Numbered from the stretch's first letter, positions 1 to 8,527 are shown. The stretch is DNA of 22,682 nucleotides from Thermotogota bacterium (GCA_051748045.1 JBNJGY010000017.1:13142-35823); one strand, 5' to 3'. The notes: generated from the letters alone by a model not told the origin. A program made the numbers and translations.

Positions 1-6
1 TGCTTA

Positions 7-44
7 TGTCACCCTGAGCGAACGAAGTGAGTCGTAAGGGTCTC
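7..44 (+). repeat. TGTC-tagged REP-like palindromic repeat, copy 1
   Basis: TGTCACCCTGAGCGAACGAAGTGAGTCGTAAGGGTCTC. It matches 21833..21870 and 22139..22176 at 36/38 positions. Outer stem ACCCT/AGGGT, inner stem GCGA/TCGT. Confidence 0.85.
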
Positions 45-102
45 ATCAGTTAATTTTCGTAGAAAATTTTAAGAATATTAGAAAATAATAAATAAAAAAA
101 CC

Positions 103-254
103 TCACTAGATCGAATTATAGAAAAAATAATATCTTCAATCATTTGAAAATACTAAAAATTGCAAACTCGCAAAGAACAACTCAGACATACAATTTTTTA
201 ACGTATTTTCTGCATTCTCTCAGATAAATTTTGTACTATAATTCTCAATAGTTC
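103..254 (+). repeat. ~150-bp long-hairpin repeat module B, copy 1
   Basis: Aligns by eye with 21931..22084. Nested inverted repeats: GAATTATAG(113-121)/CTATAATTC(236-244), TATCT/AGATA, GAAAATAC(146-153)/GTATTTTC(203-210), AAAAATTG/CAATTTTT, around an AAACTCGC...CTCAGACA core. Confidence 0.8.
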
Positions 255-281
255 GTTATTTTTATTTATTATTTATAATTA

Positions 282-326
282 AAAAACAAACAACAATAAA
301 CCAACAACCAAATTGCTTTGCAATTT
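282..326 (+). repeat. AAC-rich tract plus mini-hairpin (module C), copy 1
   Basis: 282..316 is 33/35 identical to 22535..22569. It ends in the hairpin AAATTGC-TTT-GCAATTT just before the RBS. Confidence 0.75.
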
Positions 327-344
327 TTAAAAGGAGGGGTAGCC

Positions 345-1478
345 ATGAAGAAAAGTTTATTTTTTATTTTGTTATTATCGATTATTTTTATTTTTAGTTC
401 TTGTTTACCATTAGAAGATCTTTTTGGAGATGATACAACAGATGTGGATTTTACAGAAGATGAATACCAAAATGTCAAATTAATATATACAGCTTACAAT
501 GAAGGTGCTGCATACTCACTTGAAGAATTAGAAGAAAGAGCTTTAACAAATGCCGGAGCTAATAACGTAATGTCTCTTTATTCTTTTTTCAAAGGTGAAA
601 TAACTTTAGAACAACATTTAACCAAAGCTATGGGAGATAGATTATCTCCAACTGATATTAGAATTAGAAATTATATCGGTAATGTTATTAATCATTCAAA
701 CTATGGAACCGATGATGAAACAGATTATCAAAATAATTGGTTGATTAATTATTTTGATAATAAAATTCCTGTTGATAACAACGATACTCCACCTAGTATT
801 AACTTTAATCCTGTTTTAGTTTCTAAAAATCATTTAAAAGTTTTAGAATTGCAACCGAAAATATATGAAATTTTAGATCATTATATGAAAGATGGAAACA
901 ATTTTGATAGATGGTATGATTTTTATGCTACCTCTCAAAATATAGATTCAACAACATATCCAGCAATACTTGATTCTACAGAAACTATAACAGAAACAAT
1001 TAAGAATCAATACTCTGAATATTTAGCTAGAATAGCTGTAACTTATACAGAATCTAATATTTCATTTACTCAAAACAGTTTTAACTCTAATCCATGGGTT
1101 TATGGTCAAAACATTGATTTTGATGATATACCCCCAGAGCTACTTTTAGCGGTGCTTTTTCAGGAGTCTAATTTTGTTCCATTTTCATATAGAGCAGAAG
1201 TTTCAGGTTCTAATATTTATGGTTTATCATTTGGATTAGCTCATATTTTAATAGATGCAGATAAAATTAATATATCATCATCACATACAGATATTGGAGA
1301 TGGTAATTTTGGAGACAGAGATTTTTCTATAATATCCCATATTTATTTTGGAAACGATGATAAATATGAAGCTGAAAATGTTTTTAGAAGTTGGGATTTA
1401 TTAACAGTAAGAGGTTCTACAATGTATGCTTTAACATATTTAAGTTTAATTTACAATAAAATAATGGCATTAAAATAA
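345..1478 (+). CDS. Lipoprotein with lytic transglycosylase (SLT/GH23-like) motifs, apparently circularly permuted
   Basis: RBS AAGGAGGGG precedes ATG at 345. Signal peptide ends in lipobox FSS-C. Motifs: IPPELLLAVLFQES (catalytic Glu), GLAHI, DLLT..GS....TYL, and N-terminal AYNEG and RNYIGNV. Confidence 0.75.
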   Translation: MKKSLFFILLLSIIFIFSSCLPLEDLFGDDTTDVDFTEDEYQNVKLIYTAYNEGAAYSLEELEERALTNAGANNVMSLYSFFKGEITLEQHLTKAMGDRLSPTDIRIRNYIGNVINHSNYGTDDETDYQNNWLINYFDNKIPVDNNDTPPSINFNPVLVSKNHLKVLELQPKIYEILDHYMKDGNNFDRWYDFYATSQNIDSTTYPAILDSTETITETIKNQYSEYLARIAVTYTESNISFTQNSFNSNPWVYGQNIDFDDIPPELLLAVLFQESNFVPFSYRAEVSGSNIYGLSFGLAHILIDADKINISSSHTDIGDGNFGDRDFSIISHIYFGNDDKYEAENVFRSWDLLTVRGSTMYALTYLSLIYNKIMALK

Positions 1479-1490
1479 TTTTAAATATAT

Positions 1491-1519
1491 AACAGTCTCT
1501 TAAATAGAGGCTGTTTTTT
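1491..1519 (+). terminator. Rho-independent terminator
   Basis: AACAGTCTCT-TAAAT-AGAGGCTGTT stem (one G-U pair) followed by a T run, 12 nt after the stop codon. Confidence 0.75.
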
Positions 1520-1544
1520 ATAACAAAATATTAATTAATAATAG

Positions 1545-1574
1545 TTGAATAAAAAGTGAAAAAAGAGTTATAAT
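1545..1574 (+). promoter_or_regulatory. Putative sigma70 promoter for the 1712 lipoprotein
   Basis: TTGAAT-N18-TATAAT downstream of the terminator. The AT-rich background lowers specificity. Confidence 0.4.
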
Positions 1575-1711
1575 ATATATATGCTAAATTTATGTGGCAG
1601 TTGTATATAAATTTTTGATAATATTTCGTTTATTTTTTGTGCTTCTAATGATTTTCAAACTGTCAAGTTTTTAAATAGAGAATTTAATAATTCTTAAGGA
1701 GGGGATTTTTT

Positions 1712-3454
1712 ATGAAAAAAGTATTGCTTTTTTCTCTGATGTTTTTATTAATATTTATTTTTTACAGTTGTGCTGGATTACCAAACGGAAATGGTGATGG
1801 AGATGGCGATACGACAGGTACCACAGAATTTACTATCAGTGATTTTGATGGAACTAGTAAAACAGAAGCTGAATCTTTATTAACTGCTAACTCAAATGAC
1901 CCAGCTGCAAATGCTGCAATGGCTATTTTTGAAACAGAAGAATTTTTAACTTCTTATGTGAGAGGTTTAGATGAGGATTTTAGTGATGCAGCAACGTATT
2001 TAACAAACATTTCTGAAGCTGCTTCTGAATTAAGTTATATTTTTGGAAGTAAAGAATATGGAGAAACAGATTATTATTCAGGACCAAAAGATGATATAGA
2101 AGAACAAATAACAATTATATATAATAATTTACTAAACATTAAAAGTATTGTATCTAGTTCTGAGATAGCGAGTTATTTGGCTACTTTATCTGGAAGATTA
2201 AATAAAATAGTAGCTGAAGAAGATATAAATATAATTATGGAACAAAGTTCAGCTGGATATTTTATGAACATAGCTATGGTTGATAACCTTGATATGGATC
2301 CTGAGAGTGATTTTGATGCTTCAGATTATATTCCTTCAAATGGTATTGCATTTGATTATCGTGACTTTATGACTATGAAAATGTTTGTAGACGGAATAAT
2401 AAATGTATTAGATGAACAAGTTCTTACTACCCACAACAGAGATATGATTATAGAGTTCGCACAAATATCATATGGTTTTGAGTACACAGATTTAAGCGAC
2501 ACAAGACTTTATTTCAAAGATGGAAGTTATACATTTGAAACAGATTATGTTAATTCTGATTTTATAGATGATGCAATATATTTTATGGATGAATTTAAAG
2601 AAACTGGAGAGCTAGAAGCATTTTATAAACTCGATAGTGGAACTGCCACTCCTACAGTTACAGAATTAGAAAGTGATTTTTCAGTTATTTATGATAGAGT
2701 TTCTCCTAATGATGGAGATTCTACAAAAGTGAGTATGACAGACATTATCCATGACAATATGATTCTCACTCCAAATATATCAAATTTTGTAACTATGGTA
2801 GACATGATTTTAGAAAATTTAGAAAAAGTTTCACAATTTGAAGGAAAAAGTAAATATCAAAATAGAGAAAGAGTTAATTTTATGGAAGCAAATATTCACA
2901 TGATGGATATAATAGAAGGAAGTACAGCAACAACAGTCCAAAAACAAAATTTTAAAATGTCCGAGATGAAACAGATGCCTATAAACAATGAAACCGGTTT
3001 GAAGTTAAATTCTACAGTAATAACAGATTCTGGAGATATAATGGATATACTTAGGAACGTTTTACCATCTGGAATTTTAACAATATCAGATGATGAAGTA
3101 GTTATGGAAGAAGATTATATGACAGGAGATCCTATTTTGTTAGGAGATTTGGAAATAACAATAGATTTTGGTGGAATTTCAACAGGTATGGATTTAGCTG
3201 ATTTTAACATGTATGTTGAATCTGGATTCAGTTCACCATTAGCAGAGCTTTTATTAATGCAACCGTATGACGGAACTGATATAAATAGTAATTTTGTTCC
3301 TGAGGTTAAAAATCTTATAGATGAAATTAATGGAGTTAGTTATACAGGAGATGATGTAGAAGTTGAAATATCTTTTGGATCTGATTTTTCATACAACATG
3401 TATATTTATGATTTATTGAACGAGACAACGCTGATAGATTTATTTGAAAATTAA
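1712..3454 (+). CDS. Highly acidic lipoprotein of unknown function (580 aa)
   Basis: RBS AAGGAGGGG; MKK plus hydrophobic core and lipobox FYS-C; GNGDGDGDTTGTT linker; strongly D/E-rich. I recognise no domain. Confidence 0.8.
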   Translation: MKKVLLFSLMFLLIFIFYSCAGLPNGNGDGDGDTTGTTEFTISDFDGTSKTEAESLLTANSNDPAANAAMAIFETEEFLTSYVRGLDEDFSDAATYLTNISEAASELSYIFGSKEYGETDYYSGPKDDIEEQITIIYNNLLNIKSIVSSSEIASYLATLSGRLNKIVAEEDINIIMEQSSAGYFMNIAMVDNLDMDPESDFDASDYIPSNGIAFDYRDFMTMKMFVDGIINVLDEQVLTTHNRDMIIEFAQISYGFEYTDLSDTRLYFKDGSYTFETDYVNSDFIDDAIYFMDEFKETGELEAFYKLDSGTATPTVTELESDFSVIYDRVSPNDGDSTKVSMTDIIHDNMILTPNISNFVTMVDMILENLEKVSQFEGKSKYQNRERVNFMEANIHMMDIIEGSTATTVQKQNFKMSEMKQMPINNETGLKLNSTVITDSGDIMDILRNVLPSGILTISDDEVVMEEDYMTGDPILLGDLEITIDFGGISTGMDLADFNMYVESGFSSPLAELLLMQPYDGTDINSNFVPEVKNLIDEINGVSYTGDDVEVEISFGSDFSYNMYIYDLLNETTLIDLFEN

Positions 3455-3464
3455 AAAAACGTAT

Positions 3465-3498
3465 AAAAAAATAGGTTGGGATAATTCCCAACCTATTT
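3465..3498. terminator. Terminator between convergent genes (strongest on the minus strand)
   Basis: Perfect 13-bp stem AAATAGGTTGGGA-TAAT-TCCCAACCTATTT, with an A run on the left that forms the U tail for the minus-strand operon. Confidence 0.85.
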
Positions 3499-3510
3499 CT
3501 ATATAAAAAC

Positions 3511-4635
3511 TTATTTAACTTTTATTGTTTCTCCGGCTTCACCATTTTCAATGATTCCGCCTAATAAAGTTCTTACTGAGTTTGAAGAACTTGTAGCACC
3601 TGTAACTGTGTCAATTTCTTCTACAGATTGTTCTGCAATAACTCTGTATGATAATACTCCAAAGAATCTTGAAGGTTCCATACCCATTCTTTCACCATAA
3701 TTAGGATCATCTGTTTTTAAGTTTCCATCAGCATTGTATGCATCAGCATATGCTTTTACAATGATTCCATTTTTAACAGTTATTTCTAAGAAATCTGTCC
3801 AACCATGTGAAGCTTCTGACATTTCCGCTCTATATTCTCCATCATCTAAACCAGAAGCAGCATAGTTAGAGAAATTAACTGTGATTGTTTCTCCAGGAGT
3901 TCCTCTGTGCATAATAGCATGAGCTAAGAATCTTACAGCATTTGAAGAACTAGTAGCTCCTGTAACTGTATCAACATCAGATGGTTTATCAGCATTTTCT
4001 AATCTGTCTTCTAATGTTCCGAAGAAGTTAGCTGGATCCATACCCATTCTGTCTGCATAACCTTCGTCTTCTGTTTTTAAATCGCCATCTGCATTGAAAG
4101 CATCCGCAACAGCTTTTGTTATTTTTCCATTTTTAACTGTGATTTCAACGAAATCTGTCCAACCGTGTGAAGGGTTAGCTCTTTCTGCTCTGTATTCTCC
4201 ATCAGCCATGTTGTAAGCTGATAAATTAACAACTATTGTGCTTCCTTCTACGCCTCTATCCATGATAGCTTTTACTAAAGCTCTGAAGTTGTCTGAAGAA
4301 CTAGTAGCACCTGTTACTGTGTCAACTTCGTTTATATGTTGTGTGTCTTCTAAATCATTTGCTAAAGTAGCGAAGAATTCAGCTGGGTCCATACCCATTC
4401 TGTCTGCATAACCTTCATCTTCTGATTTTAAACTGTTATCTTCTGCATTGTATGCATCTAAAACAACGTCAGTGAATTTTCCGTCTTCTACTGTTAATTC
4501 AACAAAATCTACCCAACCGTGAGATGGTTCTAATCTTTCTGCTCTGTATTCTCCATCAGCTAAGTCAATATGTCCAGCTGCGAAAGAAACTAAAACAAGA
4601 GAAAGAACCATTACCAATGATAGTAACTTTTTCAT
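3511..4635 (-). CDS. Secreted FMN-binding (flavinylated) protein with three FMN_bind repeats, PplA-like
   Basis: RBS GGAGGT before ATG at 4635. Sec signal MKKLLSLVMVLSLVLVSFA with no lipobox Cys. Three ~118-aa repeats (DGEYRAE..HGW.DF.E.TV..G.I ... DTVTGATSSS); motifs at 4294-4323, 3943-3972 and 3583-3612. Confidence 0.9.
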   Translation of the reverse strand: MKKLLSLVMVLSLVLVSFAAGHIDLADGEYRAERLEPSHGWVDFVELTVEDGKFTDVVLDAYNAEDNSLKSEDEGYADRMGMDPAEFFATLANDLEDTQHINEVDTVTGATSSSDNFRALVKAIMDRGVEGSTIVVNLSAYNMADGEYRAERANPSHGWTDFVEITVKNGKITKAVADAFNADGDLKTEDEGYADRMGMDPANFFGTLEDRLENADKPSDVDTVTGATSSSNAVRFLAHAIMHRGTPGETITVNFSNYAASGLDDGEYRAEMSEASHGWTDFLEITVKNGIIVKAYADAYNADGNLKTDDPNYGERMGMEPSRFFGVLSYRVIAEQSVEEIDTVTGATSSSNSVRTLLGGIIENGEAGETIKVK

Positions 4636-4671
4636 AATATTACCTCCCATATAAATGTGTTGCTTACTATT

Positions 4672-5619
4672 TTAAAAAAATAAAATTTCAATCAATAAAC
4701 TTACCATAAAAGTGATACTTATCAAAAAATGATTTTGTACTGAAACTACAAATGTATCTTTTTTTGTTTGTTTTTCTTCAAATTTCTTTATATTTTTTTG
4801 TACAGGAATAAAAACACTCAAGATAAGAAGTGATATCCAAGGTAATATTCCCAAAACAATTAAAATTACAATATCTATAAAAGCTATGTAGTATAACCAT
4901 TTGAAAAGATTTAAAGCATTTTCTTTTCCCAAGTAATAAGGAAGAGTGAATCTGTTGTTTACTATGTCATCTTCTAAATCCGAGGTGTTATTTGCAAGCA
5001 TAATATTTGCAATAGTGATAACTAAAGGAAAAGATACAAAAAACAAAACTAAAAATTCTTTTAGATTTATAAAAAGAAATACATTGAAACCTTCATTACT
5101 AATGGAAATAATTTCTGTATTGAATATATTTATGTAGACAGTTAAAAAGAAAATTACAAATCCCATAAAAAATCCAGAAAAAATTTCACCTAAAGGCATT
5201 CTAGAAATTGGAATCGGTCCATAAGAATATAATATTCCTGTTATAAATGAAATAACTCCGATTAAAAGAACAAACCAATCTGTTAATAAAAAGAGTATTA
5301 ATCCAGTTATTATAGCTATTGTGAGCATTGTAAAAATAGTTATTTTTGCTTGAGTAGCACTTAAATTGTATTTAACTATTGCGTTATGATGTTCAAAATT
5401 GAACCCTTCTTTTTTTACTGCTTTTTTGTAATCAATATAATTATTTACAGCAGTTGTAGTCATATCAAAAAATACAAGAGATATGAACATTAAAAATACA
5501 TTGAATATATTAAAATTATCATATCTATAAATTGCAAAAACAATACCTAATAAAAAAGGTAAAACACTTGCTAATTTAGTCTGTATTTCTACAAATTTAA
5601 AAAATGATTTTACATTCAT
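4672..5619 (-). CDS. menA: 1,4-dihydroxy-2-naphthoate prenyltransferase (MenA/DmkA, UbiA family)
   Basis: Multi-TM protein with N-terminal FVEIQTKLASVLP, NNYIDY, YSYGPIPISRMPLGE and ANNTSDLEDD motifs typical of DmkA-type MenA. Confidence 0.88.
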   Translation of the reverse strand: MNVKSFFKFVEIQTKLASVLPFLLGIVFAIYRYDNFNIFNVFLMFISLVFFDMTTTAVNNYIDYKKAVKKEGFNFEHHNAIVKYNLSATQAKITIFTMLTIAIITGLILFLLTDWFVLLIGVISFITGILYSYGPIPISRMPLGEIFSGFFMGFVIFFLTVYINIFNTEIISISNEGFNVFLFINLKEFLVLFFVSFPLVITIANIMLANNTSDLEDDIVNNRFTLPYYLGKENALNLFKWLYYIAFIDIVILIVLGILPWISLLILSVFIPVQKNIKKFEEKQTKKDTFVVSVQNHFLISITFMVSLLIEILFF

Positions 5620-5631
5620 ACAGACACCTTC

Positions 5632-6618
5632 TTAATAAGATCTTTTTAGAAGTTTAGGTAGTATCTCACTTAAAATTTCTTTACCTTTAGACTCTTCAAA
5701 ATTTTTTAAATCATTCATAGCTTTATCGATATAATCTTTTGCATACTCATTAGATTTTTCAATAGCTCCACTTTTTTGGACAATTTCAAAAACATAATCT
5801 AAATCTTTTTCATACATATTTTCTTTTTCAAAAATATCTGCAAGATCATTTTTATAATCTGATTGAAATGCTAATAAAAGTGGAAGTGTATAATAACCTT
5901 GCAAAATATCAGATTTTACATCTTTTCCTAGTGTTTTTTCATCACTAGTAAAATCTAAAATATCATCAGTTATTTGAAATGCAATTCCTATGTTATTTCC
6001 TATTTCATATAATTTATTAGTTATTTCTTGGTCCAAACCAGCTTCATTTGCCCCTATTGAAAGGCTTATGCCAAACAAAGCAGCTGTTTTTCCGGATATA
6101 ACATTCAAATAATCTTCTACAGAAACTTTAGAATCATATCTATAATGATTTTGAAGCATTTCAGCTTTACAAACTCTAGAAATTCCTTTAGCTAGATTTT
6201 TCATAATATCTCTTGGGATATCATAATCTGAAAGCATTAAAAAACATTCACTAAAAAGATAGTCTCCCATATAAACAGCATATTCTTTTGAATACTTTGA
6301 ATGAACTGCTTCTTTTCCTCTTCTCAAGAAAGAATCATCTATTATATCATCATGAACAAGTGTAGCGGTATGAAGCATTTCAATAGCTGTAGCAAGATCT
6401 TTTATAAGCTTTTCTTTTTCTTTAGATATTTCATTATTTTGAAAAAGACTTCCTATAAATATGAAAGCAGGTCTTAACATCTTACCACCCGTTGAATAAA
6501 GATATTCAAACGAGCGGTCAAGATAAATTTCACTACTTTTACTTACTTCAAGCATATTTTTTTTGACATATATTAAATTTTCTTCGATTTCTGGATATTT
6601 ATTCCAAAATTTACTCAT
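5632..6618 (-). CDS. Polyprenyl (heptaprenyl-like) diphosphate synthase, DmkB/HepT-like
   Basis: GGKMLRP, first Asp-rich motif LVHDDIIDD..RRG, KTA, and second motif FQITDDILD. An alternative GTG start lies at 6621. Confidence 0.9.
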   Translation of the reverse strand: MSKFWNKYPEIEENLIYVKKNMLEVSKSSEIYLDRSFEYLYSTGGKMLRPAFIFIGSLFQNNEISKEKEKLIKDLATAIEMLHTATLVHDDIIDDSFLRRGKEAVHSKYSKEYAVYMGDYLFSECFLMLSDYDIPRDIMKNLAKGISRVCKAEMLQNHYRYDSKVSVEDYLNVISGKTAALFGISLSIGANEAGLDQEITNKLYEIGNNIGIAFQITDDILDFTSDEKTLGKDVKSDILQGYYTLPLLLAFQSDYKNDLADIFEKENMYEKDLDYVFEIVQKSGAIEKSNEYAKDYIDKAMNDLKNFEESKGKEILSEILPKLLKRSY

Positions 6619-6661
6619 CACATCACCAAAATTTTATATTTTTAAACTTTAAAAAAATTTA

Positions 6662-8527
6662 TTAACTATATAAATACCACTTTTTGACCCATTTGAGGTT
6701 TTTCCATTTTTTCTTCAACCAAGGTAATAAGTAGTAATCTACACCAAATGTGCTTCCAGAACCACCAATAAGAGCTATTCCACCAACAAAATACCAGAGC
6801 ATTTCAACTGGTGCCATACCTGAAGCCCAAATCATTGCGCCCATACCAACAGTTGCTATAGAAGAGAATGCTGTGAACATACCAATTATCAAGAGAACAC
6901 CAAAGATTATTTCTGCAAATACCATAGCTGATTGGAAAACAGTAGCCATGAATGTAAAATCACCTTCTGGAGTGTAGAATATCAAATCCATACTCCATTC
7001 AACGATACCTTCAATCCATTCTGGAACCCCGAGTGCTTCTCCCCACTCTGAGGCAGTTTCAGCTGCAGCTTCTCCTTCTTCAGCCCATTCACCAGTTCCT
7101 GTAGCTGCTGTTGAACTATCTGTAGCTTTTGCTGGAATCAAGAATATATCATTAGGATTCTTTATAACATCACCAACCTTAGCAAGACCTTCTTCGAGCC
7201 ATTTCCAACCAACAAAAATTCTTAATGGCAATAACCAGAAATTTGGAGAACGTTTTGCAAAATGACCACCAAGGAAACTTCTTTTGTCTGGTACATGGAA
7301 GAATTCATCTATAACATAATTCCAAGGTTTATGGAACCCAGCAATTTGAATAAAATAAATTACATTTATAAAATGTTTTATAAACATAGCAATCCAACCA
7401 GAAAATTTTATAGGTTTTTTTGGATTACCAACTTGTGCAACTGCATATCTTCCACCTACAGAAACCATAACACCATGGAAACTTGGATTATAAGGTTTCA
7501 ATTCTTTTTCTTTTATTGTGGCAGTTAAATTTTTTGCAACTAAAGCTGAAGAATGTTCAGCATTTTCAACCATTTGAGGAACAGGTTTTTCTTCTCCTTC
7601 TGGAATGAAGAAAATGTTATCTCCAACTATAAAAACATCTTCTTTTCCTTTTGCTCTTAAATATTCATCAGTCTGGACTCTGCCTCTTGCAATCACAGGA
7701 AGTTCTTCTGATTTTTCAACTATATCGCTTCCTTCAATTCCAGCTGTCCAAATTATTGTTCCTGCTTCAATAAATCTTTCGTCGTTTATAACAACTCCGT
7801 CCTCTTTTACTTCTGTAATGTTTGATTCAGTTAATATTTCAACACCTAATTTTCTTAATCTTTTAGCTGTTTTATCAATTAGACTATCTTCTAACATAGG
7901 AAGAATTTTTTTCAATAAATCCATGTTGTATATTTTTACTTCTGCTCTATCTATTCCATATTCATCAGATAATCTGTTTACCCATTCTCCTAGTTCTCCA
8001 GCCATTTCAACGCCGGTAAAACCAGAACCAATTATTATGAATGATAATAATTTTCTTCTTTTCCAAACATCATTTTCTTCTGAAGCTTTTATAAAACTAT
8101 TTTTTATTTGTTGTTTTATTTTTACAGCATCATCAAAAGACCACAAAGTGAATGCGTTTTTTTCTGCACCTTTACAACCAAAGAATGTTGGTTTAGAACC
8201 AGTACCTAAAACAAGATAATCGTAATCATATGTTTTAGATCTACCTTCTAATTTTTTTTGTTTGAAGTCAATGTTTTCGATGTAATCCATAACCAAATTC
8301 ACTTTTCTACCAGCAAAAATTTTACTTAACTCAATTCTTACTGCTGTTTCTGGAACACGAGCTGCTGCAACTTCATGAAGCTCTGTCAACATTGTGTGAT
8401 ATGGATTTTTATCAACCAATGTGATAGAAATATCGTCTCTTTTCTTGAATTTCTTGGCAAGCTTTTTAGCAGTCAAAACACCACCGTAACCCGCACCTAA
8501 AACTACTATCTTTTTAGTTTCAGACAT
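6662..8527 (-). CDS. ndh2: Type II NADH dehydrogenase with C-terminal DoxX-like membrane domain (EET-type Ndh2)
   Basis: Two Rossmann motifs (GAGYGG; GSGFTGVEMAGE), GDN and VPQMVENAEH. The C-terminal membrane domain contains PLRIFVGWKWLEEG..K and a DSSTAAT loop. Confidence 0.88.
   Translation of the reverse strand: MSETKKIVVLGAGYGGVLTAKKLAKKFKKRDDISITLVDKNPYHTMLTELHEVAAARVPETAVRIELSKIFAGRKVNLVMDYIENIDFKQKKLEGRSKTYDYDYLVLGTGSKPTFFGCKGAEKNAFTLWSFDDAVKIKQQIKNSFIKASEENDVWKRRKLLSFIIIGSGFTGVEMAGELGEWVNRLSDEYGIDRAEVKIYNMDLLKKILPMLEDSLIDKTAKRLRKLGVEILTESNITEVKEDGVVINDERFIEAGTIIWTAGIEGSDIVEKSEELPVIARGRVQTDEYLRAKGKEDVFIVGDNIFFIPEGEEKPVPQMVENAEHSSALVAKNLTATIKEKELKPYNPSFHGVMVSVGGRYAVAQVGNPKKPIKFSGWIAMFIKHFINVIYFIQIAGFHKPWNYVIDEFFHVPDKRSFLGGHFAKRSPNFWLLPLRIFVGWKWLEEGLAKVGDVIKNPNDIFLIPAKATDSSTAATGTGEWAEEGEAAAETASEWGEALGVPEWIEGIVEWSMDLIFYTPEGDFTFMATVFQSAMVFAEIIFGVLLIIGMFTAFSSIATVGMGAMIWASGMAPVEMLWYFVGGIALIGGSGSTFGVDYYLLPWLKKKWKNLKWVKKWYLYS

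Noticed and set aside
269-478. 69-aa minus-strand ORF and the 318 TTG extension of the lipoprotein
   Set aside because: Antisense shadow ORF. The strong RBS and signal peptide support ATG 345.
3511-4635. Internal DNA repeats as a diversity-generating retroelement TR/VR pair
   Set aside because: The repeats are in-frame protein domain duplications with mostly synonymous differences; no reverse transcriptase is present.
4946-8219. Plus-strand ORFs inside menA/ndh2 (4946, 6750, 7262, 7605)
   Set aside because: Antisense shadows of well-supported genes; no RBS or motifs.
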